Part shown: in pieces, positions 49,749 to 63,069 of the stretch
How positions within the stretch are numbered: position 1 is the stretch's first letter
How the letters are laid out: each line of letters begins with the position of its first letter
Origin: Okamejei kenojei
Taxonomy: Eukaryota
Direction: 5' to 3'
Assembly: GCA_035221665.1 (NCBI GenBank)
Contig: CM069150.1
Coordinates: 35,030,001-35,094,000, forward strand
Length of the DNA: 64,000 nucleotides
Program-made: the position numbers and the translations under genes
The notes under the pieces: model-generated
Databases searched by the model: none
What the model saw: the letters and a program-made list of their open reading frames with translations, nothing else
What the model was told of the DNA's origin: nothing

Positions 49749-51534
49749 CAATTTCTCGTGCTCTTTTCTATTAATTTACTTGGATTCGGTTCTTTAATCT
49801 AAAGAAACTTTGTGTTTGCAGTCATTACTCAACGTTACAATAACGTTATTGTATTTATAAAATGAAAAATATAATGAAAACATGACAAAATTAGTAATTA
49901 ATGGAGATACCTTGAATTTTCTGTCTAATTTATAGTTGTAGATAAATACTCTCACAAGATAGTCATAGAAAGTTATTGTATAAAAGGAAGTCATTTGGCA
50001 TATTGTGGTCACAGCCTTTCTCTCAAAGACCTATTCACTTAGTTCCATTCCTCTCTCATATTGTTTATATTTCAAGTATTTATCCATTTTCTTTATAAAC
50101 AGGATAATCATATTTTGTTTCCACCACAGTATTTCATACAATGTTCTTTCACTGGTCCATTAACTGTCCAGAGAAAATGTAGCCAACCTCTCCTGTTGTC
50201 CTTTCAGATAGATGGTGAAATAAGTTAAACATTTCTCCCCAATCTCACCCAACTTTCGGATGATGGGGTATTAAAGCCAGAATCTACAGCTTACAATTGC
50301 TTTTATTTTTGCTGGCATGATATTTAACATGTAATATAATTATCATGTAAAATAGGAAAATATGGTTATTAAACGTGTTTGTGTAAAGGTTTTTTAAAAT
50401 CTGATAACATATTAAAATTGTATTGTGAAATATTGATATTCCAGCTCTTTACCTGTTTGGAATATTGAAAGAATACAGTCACTTGCATCAATATAATTGG
50501 GTGGAACCAAAGTTACATTCCATACCAATGTAGCACTGATTGCTATTGGAATTACTCCATAAAATCATTCAACATATTTTCTTGACATATATTGGAAAGC
50601 TAATTTGATTTACTTTGAAAGCTAGTTCACTTTGATAATTATCTAATGCAATTTCTCATTGTTGTATTAAATAATTGAAGAAGGATTTTGATATGGTGTT
50701 ACGAAGCTCCATTAAAATAACACAAAATTCTCTTTCTACTTGCTAACAAAGCATTTTTATGTCAAGAATATGTATGTGTAAACCTACACATACTTACTTA
50801 TTCAATGAGCATTATTTTCCAGCAGAAATAATGGTGGGGTTATTGGTGATACAATGTTTAAGCATATATTAAACAGTGAGTTATATTAACTGCATGGGGA
50901 CAATAAAAATTCCAGATGAGGAGGGTACTACTGAAGTTCCTGCTCCTTGTGTTGAGTGCAGAACTCAATCAACATGGTATCTCAAAGAAAGAATTAGCGT
51001 TCAAATATACAGAATGACACGAGGTTTGCTACAGTCTTGTTATGAAAAGCCATGAAACTCATTTGAAAAGATAACGACTTGTCAACTCCAGTATAGGTAA
51101 TTTTCTCACAGTGCAATGTCTACATTTTTGAAAACTTAAGCTGCAGACCATTGCAATTGAATGTTTGCAAGACCAAAATCTAACTCCTCTAAATTTACTG
51201 TTAAAACGAACAAATATCAGAAGTTACAAAGACAATTTTTAATGTAAATTTAAATACTCAATGTAATAATTTCCTTCTCTCTATGTTGCTTTCTATAGTT
51301 AATTTCATATTGAAATAAACTTTCTAACTTACACTTCCTGATTAAAATTTTGAGTTCATTGATAATTATTTAATCCAATTACTTAATGAATATCTGGTTG
51401 CTTTTCCTGTCCGCAGTGGACCAACCTTTCTTGAAAAGGGATAATGGAACTTTGGCTCCCTACTTCACAGTTAGTTCCAATAGAACTTCTGTGAGCAAGA
51501 GGAGATATAGTGAAAACTGTATGGTTGATTCTAT

Positions 51535-51776
51535 TAGTGTTAGTTTAGAGATACAGTGCAAAAACAAGCCCTTTGGCCCGCCAAGCCCACACCGACCAGC
51601 GATCCCCCCACATTAGTACTATTCTACACACTAGAGACAATTTACAGTCTTTACCGAAACCAATTAACCTACAAACCTGAATAGACATAAAATGCTGGAG
51701 TAACTCAGCGGGACAGGCAGCATCGCTGGATAGAAGGAATAGGTGATGTTTCAGTTCGAGACCCTTCTTCAGACTG
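51535..51776 (-). mobile_element. SINE 3' half (51535-51678) abutting a Penelope-terminus monomer (51682-51776)
   Basis: ttagtttagagatacag...ccaattaacctacaaacctg, then gacataaaatgctggagtaactcagc...gacccttcttcagact. Confidence 0.8.
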
Positions 51777-52099
51777 AACCCGATGTTTAATAATATGACA
51801 ATTGGGCACTGTTAGGTGGATAAACTGATGTTATTCTGATCTAGTTCAACAAGGTGACACATTAATGACAAAATCATAAGTCATTATGATTTATGAATCA
51901 TGAAGAATAACGCATGTAGTTGTTGAAAAGTGAAAATCTGCAGGTGCTGGTAATCTGAAATACGATCAGAGAATACTGAAAATACTCAGCAAGTCAAGGA
52001 GCAGCCACTGGAAGACAACTAAAGAAGGGTCATGTAGCAGAAAAATTAACTAGCAGATTGTGGTAATTTTTGCAATGTCCTTTGAGAAAGAAATCTGCA

Positions 52100-53230
52100 C
52101 ATCCAAAATGGGATCCCAGATCCAGAGAAAAGCAGTTAAGTCACAACCAGACCCTGAAATGGTCCCGCAATCCATTCAGTTGCATCAAATCAGGATAAGA
52201 ATCAAAATGATTGGAACACGGGTTATCAAACTGATCACCCAGAGACACCAAAAGGATGATCCATCTGAGCTTCCTTTTGATAGTTCCTCCATCATGTACC
52301 TCAGTCTTCAGCCATCTTGATTTGTGCCATGTGAGAGCATGAAATGACTGGAAATGACTGAGGGTAATGGATACTATAACTGATGCCAGACCAGACAATA
52401 TCCCCACTGCCGTATCATAGCATTATAATTACGCTGGAAGTGTCTTCAAGGAACAGCTGCACATATGCTGAACCATCTAAATATGGTGACAATACTGACA
52501 TCTACTGAAAAATGTGGAAAATTAACCAGATGTTTCCACAGACAGGCAAAGGCAATGTGGGTAATTACTGCCCCACCGGCCTACTCTCTGTCATCACCAA
52601 ATGAATGGATCATGGCACCAATAAAGCTCACACTTACATGTTAATAGTAAATGTTTACCAATGCTCAGTGTGGATTTCACTAGGTGCACTCAATACAGAT
52701 TACAATAGTGCAAAAGTAATTGCGCTGAGATCCAGAGGTGAGGGGAGAGTGACTGCTGCAGAATTCTAACACACATTTGAACAAGTGCATCCTCAGAGAT
52801 CCTTGATGAAGCTAAGGTCAACAGGCATCAGAGAGAAAACTCTCCAATGTGTAGTCGTAACCACCACTGAGAATGGTGGTTGTCAAAGATCAACTGGCCC
52901 TGCCCCAGGACATCTCTGCAGGAGTCCCACAGGGCAGTGTCTGAGACTCAACCAACCTATGATGTCTCATCGGCCACTTTCCTTCCATCGTAAGGTCAGA
53001 GATGTTTGCTGATGACCGATGCTATTTACAGCTCCTCAGGAACCAAAGAAGTCCTGCATGCATATGAGATTGAGAGAGATTGGAATTACTGGAGCATTCT
53101 AGGAATCACCATCAACTAGAAATTAATAGGACCATCTTCATGGATACTTTGACTATAAAACCAGCTCAGAGGCCAGGTATTATGCAATGAGTGACCCTGC
53201 TGTATCTACAGCCACTTGCACCTGAAAGTC
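52100..53230 (+). mobile_element. Very old CR1/L2-group LINE RT remnant
   Basis: aattactgccccaccggcctactctctgtcatcaccaaa (NYxPxxLLSVIxK), ggagtcccacagggcagtgtc (GVPQGSV), atgtttgctgatgac (MFADD). Confidence 0.65.
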
Positions 53231-53454
53231 TATGGTGGCTTAGAGACATCAGGTTTGGCAATAACTGCTGGCCCTTCCAGTAATGCGTACATTGCATAAA
53301 TAAATACAAAATAAAACTGAGTCTTTAGTATATTTATGTGCTGTCTATGTTATACCCCTGCCTTTTTATATGTGAGCAGCCAAAAACCAAGAATCTATTT
53401 TTGCTCTTAATAATTTAACATATCACTAAAGATGCAAAAGGAAATCTATCAACA

Positions 53455-53770
53455 TAAAATTAGAAACAGGTGTCAGGCATTCTGGTCCCTCATGCCTACT
53501 CAGTTATTCAATAAAATTGTAGCTGATCTGATTTTAACCTCAAACCCGCATTGCTATCTACTGCCTTTCACCCTTTTGCTTAACAATCATCCTTCTACCA
53601 CTACCTTATAAATATTCACCCCCTTTGAGGATGAGAATTCCAAAGAGTCTCATTCTCCTGAGTAAAAATAAAGCAACTCATTGCGATTTTAAACGAGTGA
53701 CCTTATCTTTAAATAGTGACACCTAGTTTTACAAGAGGAAGCAATTCATCCACATCCACCCTGCCAAGAC
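53455..53770 (-). mobile_element. Old CR1 3' tail
   Basis: acataaaattagaaacagg...tattcaataaaattgtagctgatctg; agaattccaaagagtctcattctcctgag. Confidence 0.65.
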
Positions 53771-53783
53771 CAGGATTTTGTGC

Positions 53784-53940
53784 AAGAAAGAATTGCAGAT
53801 GCTGGGTTTACACTGAAGATGGACACAAAATGCTGGAGTAGCTCAACGGGTCAGGCAGCATCTTTGGATCTGACTGATAAACGGTCTCAACCCGATACGT
53901 CACCTATTCATTTTCTACAGAGATGCTGCTTGTCCCCTTT
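53784..53940. mobile_element. Degenerate fold-back Penelope-terminus element
   Basis: Antisense arm then ctgataaacggtctcaacccgatacgtcacc; flanks caggattttgtgc (53771-53783) / caggattctgtac (53941-53953). Confidence 0.75.
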
Positions 53941-55351
53941 CAGGATTCTGTACGTTTTGATTCATTTGCCACTAATAGTAATATCAAAATAAATATAACA
54001 TTTCTGATCTTCTTGGCATGGAGTACCTTTGGATGCAGTGGGCTTACACATTTATTCTACTCTATATCTTTCAGCTGCTGTATATGGAAAATGGAAGTCA
54101 GGAGAAATAGAATTGTTTTCATTATAATGAAACCTATTACAGCTTTCCACTGCCTTACTCAAAATGGAAGATAACTAATAATACAAAGAAGGAATATTTC
54201 AGAGAAACAAAATTGTTTGTGCATTTGCGATAGCAGAGATTAATTCCATTCACTTCTAACGTCCTATGTCAGTGAATTTCAAGTATGCAGGGATAGATTT
54301 TGAGAATAAAATTATTTATTAATAGTACCTATTTTGTGATTGTTCTGCTGAATTGTATAACTTGCTGCATTCTCTGGTGTCCTTCCAGGTTATTAACTGT
54401 AGTAAAGGACTTAGCACATGTAGGTTGCCACTAAATATGGCATCAATTTCAATATGTGTTCATGTTTAATATTGACTACTGGTCATTTAATACCTCTTCC
54501 TCAGCAGTCTGCAATGGTTCAACTTTATATCTATATAAGCTATTGATAAAAAGTGAAAAAAACCTCTAGAACGTGAGGCCAGCAGGTTAAGTCTCTGAGA
54601 GTTTTATCATTCTGTCAAACCAGTCGTCCTATGCTTTTGATGTGAGGCGTATATATATTTCATGGCCCAATCACAATTTCACATGTTCAAAGCAATATCC
54701 ATGTAAAGGTAAGGGTTCAGGATTTGTAGAAATGTGGCTCACCCCTTCACTGTGACCAAGTTCAATGGATCAGAAAGGGTTCATTGAAAATCCACTCGAG
54801 CACAGCACAGCAAAAATATAACTGGAGAATGTAAGTATCATCACTGGGCCTTCATGGAATAATAGTCAATGATTATTCAATAACTGCATCCATAAAGAAA
54901 CATGAACAATGTCAAAAGATATCCAAATGTGCTCAGTAACTGCAAAAGGAAGAAATGAGAATAAAGCCAATCCTTAGAAAAATATTTGGAACAGGATTTG
55001 GCCATGTGCTCCGTCGCCCATTTCGTCATTAAGTACATGCATTAAATTTTAGATATATAATTCTCCCATTTAAAAGATGGACTCAGAATTGTTTAGAAAG
55101 GTTTTAAGCTTTTGGCTGTTGACATTGCCATTTCAATTTCTGCTGAATAGACTGGACACGGCTTGAATTTTTCACTTACTTGGTTTTGTTAGGGGGTGTT
55201 ATATCATCATTATAACATTGCTAGAACAAGCTACAGGCAAAAGCAAAATTGTATTTCTTTAATGAACTACAACTTAATTGGAAATGAACACATAATGTAT
55301 ACCAGCTGCCCATCCAAAGTTCCCAGTCACTTGACTGCCAAGTGCACTACA

Positions 55352-55490
55352 AAGACAGACACAAAATGCTGGAGTAACTCAGCGGGACAGGAGGAATGGG
55401 TGACGTTTCGGGGTGGTGCCCCTTCTTCAGAGTTACTACAACATTTTGTGTCTGTCTTTGGTTTAAACCAGCATCTGCAATTCTCTCATA
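55352..55490. mobile_element. Internally deleted fold-back Penelope-terminus element
   Basis: aaagacagacacaaaatg.. / ..cattttgtgtctgtcttt; flanks caagtgcactaca (55339-55351) / catgtccactaca (55491-55503). Confidence 0.78.
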
Positions 55491-56199
55491 CATGTCCACT
55501 ACACATGTGACTGGTCAGTGGTTAATGCATTTTAAGCACTCCCGGAACAGTGCTTTGGTTAACACAGTGAATCATTTTGCCAGCTCAGGGTTTTATCAAT
55601 ATTAAATAATATATTTTCTAAGAAGATCTACTGGAATATTTTTCAGTTATTACCATCAGCAAATCAAAAAATATTCAAACCCTAATTGTAGATGAAATAA
55701 ACTCTAAAATATACAGGAATATAACTATTACTTTGTCCCTACTTGATGAAAAAAAAACAGCCCTGGACAATACAGGGGTGATTGTGAAGTGTCTGACAAA
55801 CCTACCCACATGTACTGTGCTGACATGGAAACTCCATGTTTCTTACATTTATTCTGATCCCCAAAATGAGAAAGAAAGCTGAGAAACAGCACAACATGCA
55901 AGAGAGATTTTAAACATACCTTTTGTTTGGGAAGAGAAAAGGAGGTAAAACAGGGAATGACTGAGAAGGCATGCAGGTTGCAGGTCTGTTGTATGCTTAC
56001 ATGGTTGAAGTGCATTTTGCACGAGGTTAGGGTTTATTTGTAAGTATGCATTGTAATGTAATTAAATGCAATTGCAGTAATAAACTAATGTTTGAAAAGC
56101 TTTATTAATGATCGTAATGTAAAAGTGACTCTTGTGTGAATAGAAAATGTAGAAGCAAAGTTTTCTCTGCTGGGAAATTTCCCTGCATTGTGCAATCAT

Positions 56200-57502
56200 G
56201 GAAGTCAGCATGGATTTACGAAAGGTAAATCATGTCTGATGAATCTTATGGAATTTTTCGAGGATGTAACTAGTAGCGTGGATAGGGGAGAACCAGTGCA
56301 TGTGGTGTATCTGGACTTCCAGAACGCTTTCAACAAGGTCCCACATAAGAGATTAGTATACAAACTTAAAGCATACGGCATTGGGGGTTCAGTATTGATG
56401 TGGATAGAGAACTGGCTGGTAGACAGGAAGCAAAGAGTAGGAATAAACGGGTCCTTTTCACAATGGCAGGCAGTGACCAGTGGGGTATAGCAAGGCTCAG
56501 TGCTGGGACCCCAGCTATTTACAATATATATTAATGATCGGGATGAGGGAATTGAAGGCAATATCTCCAAGTTTGCGGATGACACTAAGCTGGGGGGCAG
56601 TGTTAGCTGTGAGGAGGATGCTAGGAGACTGCAAGGTGACTTGGATAGGCTGGGTGAGTGGGCAAATGTTTGGCAGATGCAGTATAATGTGGATAAATGT
56701 GAGGTTATCCACTTTGGTGGCAAAAACAGGAAGGCAGACTATTATCTAAATGGTGGCCGATTAGGAAAAGGGGAGATGCAGCGAGACCCGGGTGTCATGG
56801 TACACCAGTCATTAAAAGTAGGCATGCAGGTGCAGCAGGCAGTGAAGAAAGCGAATGGTATGTTAGCATTCATAACAAAAAGATTTGAGTATAGGAGCAG
56901 GGAGGTTCTACTTCAGTTGTATAGGGTCTTGGTGAGACCACACCTGGAGTATTGCATACAGTTCTGGTCTCCAAATCTGAGGAAGGACATTATTGCCATA
57001 GAGGGAGTGCAGAGAAGGTTCACCAGACTGATTCCTGGGATGTCAGGACTTTCATATGAAGAAAGACTCGACTTGTACTCGACTCGGCTTGTACTCGCTA
57101 GAATTTAGGAGATTGAGAGGGGATCTTATAGAAACTTACAAAATTCTTAAGAGGTTGGACAGGCTAGATGCAGGAAGATTGTTCCCGATGTTGTGGCGGT
57201 CCAGGACAAGGGGTCACAGCTTAAGGATAAGGGGGAAATCCTTTAAGACCGAGATGAGAAAGACTTTTTTCACACAGAGAGTGGTGAGTCTCTGGAACTC
57301 TCTGCCACAGAGGGTAGTTGAGGGCAGTTCATTGGCTATATTTAAGAGGGAGTTAGATGTGGCCCTTGTGGGGATCAGAGGGTACGGAGAGAAGGCAGGT
57401 ACGGGATACTGAGTTGGATGATCATCCATGATCATATTGAATGGCGGTGCAGGCTTGAAGGGCCGAATGGCCTACTCCTGCATCTAATTTCTATCTTTCT
57501 AT
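56200..57502 (+). mobile_element. Young 5'-truncated CR1 LINE with nearly intact RT
   Basis: SQHGFTKGKSCL, VVYLDFQNAFNKVPH, GV*QGSVLGP (stop at 56488-56490), ISKFADDTKLGG, LVRPHLEYCIQFWSP, RTRGHSLRI; tail tttctatctttctatc. Confidence 0.95.
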
Positions 57503-59141
57503 CTTGTATTTAAACTAATCTTATTTAGGTATTTTACTGGGGTTAAAATTGGACTGGGGTAGTTTTATGTGATTTGCCCAGCTCCGTGTTAATGCAGTGT
57601 TGTGATTCCTGCAGCCATGAGCATTCTTCATGCTATTGATTTCCTGATGACCTAACCTCAGAGCTTACTTCCATCATTGGCTGGCATCAATTTCAGCACT
57701 GATTAAAGCCAACCCACACCTTGAAGGGGAGATGCATTGTAGCTGAAACCAGTGGGGAAATCACTTTGAACACTCGTTGGAACTGATAGCAGAACATGAG
57801 TGAGCATGAATACCCAAATGGGTCTCCACTTTGATCGATATGCGCAGCAGCTGAGGTGGGCTGGTGGTGGAGGGAATGATTATAATGGCTTAATCCCGAC
57901 TCCTGGTTCATTGGGTTGAATCAATCCACATATAAATGCATTGGTATTGTTCGTAAAGTGCCAGGTAGTGTTTATACCAAGCAGAATCAACAGTGTAATT
58001 GTTAGACTGTTGAGTATGATATAAACTTAGCTGTTACTGTTGTAATAGATTACTTCCAGTTCCATAAATCATTTCATGCTTAAAAGCAAAGAAAGAAATT
58101 GGAAGGGAGTAATTAATTTTCGAGACCTACTGCATAATTGAGAACATGCTGTCAAATTTGTACGAGTTAATTTAATTTCTCCTTGACTCCCTAAGAATTC
58201 TATTGACATGTTTTTAAAAGAGCTTTCTACTACACCTGGCTGGGGGATCAACTTGTATGTACTTTAATTACTAAAAAAGAAATCTCTAAAGAGAGCTATT
58301 ATAGCCAGGATCAGATTTGACCTGACAAATGAATAAGAATTACCCCCAAAAAATCAAGCTGTAATTTGGGATCTATTGGGAGATATTTCAAAAAGAAAGA
58401 TGAATTCTGCATAAAATCAGTGCAGTTTGATTTTTTTTTAATTCAATTTGATTGCACAATGTCATTTTTATATTCCCATAAAAAGATGATAGCTGGTTTG
58501 GACTTACTGCCATCTTCTCCACTGATATTTATAGCTAACACTCTGACGTTTATAGGGATGACTGAGTTATATGATAATGCTACGTAGGCTTAATTTTTGA
58601 TGTATTAAATGCAGGTCATTTTAATCTGATCCAGGAACTTTATAATGGTTTTACTCATTAAAAAATATTTTTAATGGAAGTGCTTGTTTATTGTTTAAAA
58701 TCCCTGAATCATTTATAAGATGTGCATACTCAATGGGAAGATGTCGCCCATTCAAGAGAGGTTGTTTTGTTCTATAGACAGCTTTGAATATACCTAGCAA
58801 AAATTTGAATAGAGTATAATCTTATAAGGTTTATTCTATACAAAGTATGAGCAGAGGTACTGAGGTCATACTTAAAAATAAACCTAACACATATTTGGCC
58901 CTAATTACAGATCGCTATGATTTGAACTTCCTTTGAGGTAATAAATCTAATCTGTACATCGAGCATGTGTGCAAATTAGTTGGAATGGTTGTGAAACAGC
59001 ATCTGTGGACATGCTCACTCCCACCAAGAATGGGAATTACGCTGGCTGGTACATAATGGCATGTTGCCGGATAGCTCATGTAACAACACAGAGAGTGCAC
59101 AGATTCTCGTATGCAACAATGGAGATCCTGGTGGAAGAGAT

Positions 59142-59340
59142 AGGGCAACACAATGGCACAGCAGTAGAGTTGCTGCTTCACAGCGCCAGAGACCTAGGTT
59201 TGATCCTGAATACAGGTGCTGTCTGGACGGAGTTTGTACGTTCTCCCTGTGATCATGTGGGTTTTCTCTGGGTACTCCTGTTTCCTCCCACACTCCCAAG
59301 ACATACAGGTTTGCAGGTTAATTGGCAATTGGCAGGTTAA
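59142..59340 (+). mobile_element. V-SINE 5' two-thirds
   Basis: tggcacagcagtagagttgctgc...cagcgccagagacctaggtttgatcc...caggttaattggc. Confidence 0.85.
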
Positions 59341-59649
59341 TCCACAAAGATTTTTGCTATCTCCCGAGCACCTTGCACGTAAAGTGCAATTTAGAAACAA
59401 GAGGCTTTATCTGCAGCAAACTGCAATTTCAGAGGACTTTACTTCTAAACTTTTGGTTGTGACCTCCAGCATTTCTGTTAAGAACTGTGGACGATGTGGT
59501 ATGGAATACTGGCATCTCAGACCAGCTATTTACAGGGCAGTTTAATCTTAGTAACTACTCGGGGAACAGGAGATAAAGTCTCCATTTGCAATTGTAAACC
59601 CATCTTCTAAATCCAAACTCTATCTTCCCCTTTATAATGAAACTCTTAG

Positions 59650-61020
59650 GTTGAGGAAGATTTATTTCCACTCTGATTTAGTGCATTCTGAGATGCCTGA
59701 TGAACCCAATGTGGGAACTGCAGGTTCTTCCAAGGGCAGGGGATGCTTGACTGGGGCATATGGATAAGTGGTCATTGAGATGGTCCACTCTTGCCATTGC
59801 TTATGTATGTGTGCTCCCAATGTAAGGCATCAAAGTTCCCAATGTGCTGTCTCCCCCTTGCATCTGATTTTAATCTGCTCCTTTAAGCATTTTGTAAACT
59901 GAGAGTTCTTAGTTATTCAAAGCATAAATGGGCGAAATGTCGGGTGATGAGAGATGGGTTATAAAGGGAAGGTGTGTGTTTGCACCATTTGTGGCTTGGA
60001 GATGCAGAGGTTATTGTATGAAGAGGAAATGGGATACAAAAACATGGGAAAGGGACACCAAATGCGGGAGTAACTCAATGGGTCAGGCACCATCTCTGGA
60101 AAAAATGGATGTAACATTTCGGGTCAGGACCCTCTTCAGACTGATTGTAGTAAGGAGAATAGGGGGGGGGGGCTTAAAGAGAGGACAAATCCGGTTGACC
60201 TCAGGCAAGAAGGTTGCCTGATAGGCCAATTGTGGGCTAGAGACAAGTGTGAGCCCAAGAGGGATACATAGTTGTGAACTGTGGAGACTTTTACTGGAGG
60301 GATGAGGGTGTAGAGGGAGCTGTTGATAGAAGTAACAAAAAAATTAACATCCAACATTCATACTGCTAGGGTGTAGGCTACCCAAGTGAAATATGAGCCT
60401 CCTATCTTTTCCTCTGCCTATCTGCAAAGTCCTTCCAATGAAAGGGCTCGGGGTAGAATGTCTGTTTTTGGTGTCCCATGCTGGGCATATGAACAACATG
60501 GCCAGCACAGCATAGCAAACTGTATGTCGGGTCCCAAAGCTGAAATGTTAGCCGAGGAGAGGACACTGAAATTGGTTGCTAATCCATTCAGTGAATTTGT
60601 AGGATATTGCGGAAAGCACCATCATGGTATCTTTTCAACCTGCTGTTGTTAGACCAAGTTCCAGAAGCATATAGGAGGGTAGGGATCATTGCTAACTGGT
60701 AGACCATCTGTTTTCTGCCAAGTCTGATATGTTGATCTTTAAACACCTCTTCCCACAGTTAACGAAAGTCTGTGGTGGCACGTTGAAAGTGGTGGAGAAA
60801 TTCCATGATCAATGGCGGCCTTCAATGAAAGGTGGTTTCCAAGATACGGGAAGACGTCCATGTTTTCTAAAGTCCTGCCTTGAACCTTTACTGCCAGCAA
60901 GCAATGTGTTGCAGCATGGGCAGTTAAATAAAGGACCCTTATCTTGTGAATGTTGAGTGTTACACTGGCAACAGCTGGATTTTGTGAACCTATAAAGGCC
61001 ATCCACAATATTGAATGTTT
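59650..61020 (-). mobile_element. Old RTE-clade LINE 3' part, interrupted at 59842-60397
   Basis: ORF 60739-61134(-) LNIHKIRVLY...KVQGRTLENMDVFPYLGNHLS (RTE RT thumb); 3' UTR-like ttctgagatgcctgatgaacccaatgtggg. Confidence 0.7.
59842..60397. repeat. Direct duplication copy 1 (partner 62504-63069)
   Basis: Near-identical from atgtgctgtctcccccttg to cccaagtgaaatatgag; a few substitutions and one ~10-bp indel. Confidence 0.97.
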
Positions 61021-61074
61021 CAATGCTGATTTTGGTGTCAAGGGATTTGTCAACTGAAACCTTAGTTGCAATTC

Positions 61075-61235
61075 ATAGATAGATACAGCAAGAAAACTAC
61101 TCTTCCGACCGTTTAAGTCTGCACTGACCATCAAACGCCCATCTACAATAATGGCTTTTAAGAAAAATTCTTCTTACATTCGCATCAACTCACTTGCACT
61201 CTAGGGATAATTTACAGTGGCTAATCAACTTACCA
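61075..61235 (-). mobile_element. Degenerate SINE 3' half
   Basis: tagatagatacagcaagaaaact...cactctagggataatttacagtggctaatcaact. Confidence 0.6.
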
Positions 61236-62503
61236 TCTTCTCCATAGCTTCATGATCTTCTTTGTAGATTTTGTAAAGAAAGTATTTTGAAAGTCAAGCA
61301 AACGCTTTAGTGTTTCTGCACTACTAAATCATTTATCATTAGATGAATTGATGTGAAGTACCTTATTTCTCTCAGTTAACCCAGTTCCTAGTAGGGAACT
61401 GTACACAACAGTAGCTCTAATACTGATACAATAGTAAATAATTTTGAATGATACTTAGTCTGAAATTAATAAGCCCTGTCATTTACTGGGCAAATAATAC
61501 ATGATAGCAAAGATATAGCAGGTTTTTTGAAAAAGCTTAATGACGCAGAGTAAAAATGGAATAAAAGGCGACTCTAAACCCTATGCTCTAAATTATGAAT
61601 TTACCTTTTTTATACCAGAAAATTAATCATGGTTCAGAACTAAAATAATTTGAATTTAAGAGGCAGTATCGCGTTTTACTGTTTTTCCAGAATATTTAGT
61701 AATTGAAAATGCAGAAGAATTAAATTTAATTTATTCCATGTGTGTGCTCTCCAACTCTATTTTCTGTGGAGACTGGCAAACAACAACATCCAAAGATTCA
61801 AATCCCTTTAATTCAAGGCAGTTTTCTTTCCTGAGAGTCAATAGACTGTTCATCCTGCATGGGACAGAGGAAATTGTAAAGATGATTATCCTTCACATTA
61901 CCTCTACTATTCTTCATGAATAAATGGCACTCCATTGATAGTCACTGCATATAACTTCTGAACAATGTATTGAGAAATGTTCTTCATGGTCCACAGTCTC
62001 CTTCACTTCTCAACAGATGAAGTCAATGCTGCAGACTGTTTTGACTGGAGCAAATCGTCCTCCCTTGTCAAGGCAAGGTGATGGCTAATGGTAAAAAAAC
62101 AATATAGAGGTCGATGAGGCATTGGAAGTTATTTTCTGGACATTAATCTGTCAAAGACATGGACTGAGATGTGGTAAAGAATATGTACTTTATCTCTGCA
62201 TTTATATTTCCAATCAGTTCAAGGTAGGTCATTCTTTCTATGAGTGCAAAGGCAGTTCAGACGTAAAGTCTGAATAAGGTTTATCTTCTGATGTTGGTCC
62301 AGGCAGCTCCACACTCTCGCTCAGCAGCATTTAGGAGAGAGATAAGGTCATCAAAATGCTCCAGCAGTTTCGTTAGGTTTTCTAGAGATCTTGGTAAAAC
62401 AATCATACTCAGTGAGACCTCTGGTATGTTCAAACAAATGCAGCTGGAATTAAATACATTAGGTAGCTTCTTAAAAATATGTTGTGGAATTTAGCTTCTC
62501 AGG

Positions 62504-63069
62504 ATGTGCTGTCTCCCCCTTGCATCTGATTTTAATCTGCTCCTTTAAGCATTTTGTAAACTGAGAGTTCTTAGTTATTCAAAGCATAAATGGGCGAAAT
62601 GTCGGGTGATGACAGATGGGTTATAAAGGGAAGGTGTGTGTTTGCACCATTTGTGGCTTGGAGATGCAGAGGTTATTGTATGAAGAGGAAATGGGATACA
62701 AAAACATGGGAAAGGGACACCAAATGCGGGAGTAACTCAATGGGTCAGGCACCATCTCTGGAAAAAATGGATGTAACATTTCGGGTCAGGACCCTCTTCA
62801 GACTGATTGTAGTAAGGAGAATGGGGGGGAGGGCTTAAAGAGAGATGAAAACAGGACACACTCCGGTTGACCTTAGGCAAGAAGGTTGTCTGATAGGCCA
62901 ATTGTGGGCTAGAGACAAGTGTGAGCCCAAGAGGAATACATAGTTGTGAACTGTGGAGACTTTTACTGGAGGGATGAGGGTGTAGAGGGAGCTGTTGATA
63001 GAAGTAACAAAAAAATTAACATCCAACATTCATACTGCTAGGGTGTAGGCTACCCAAGTGAAATATGAG
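62504..63069. repeat. Direct duplication copy 2
   Basis: Matches 59842-60397; continues seamlessly into the Penelope ORF remnant. Confidence 0.97.

Noticed and set aside
56205-56723. 172-aa antisense ORF
   Set aside because: Shadow frame of the CR1 RT
59690-59730. ctgatga followed by a small hairpin (hammerhead-like)
   Set aside because: Lacks the GAAA...UH half; part of the antisense RTE 3' region
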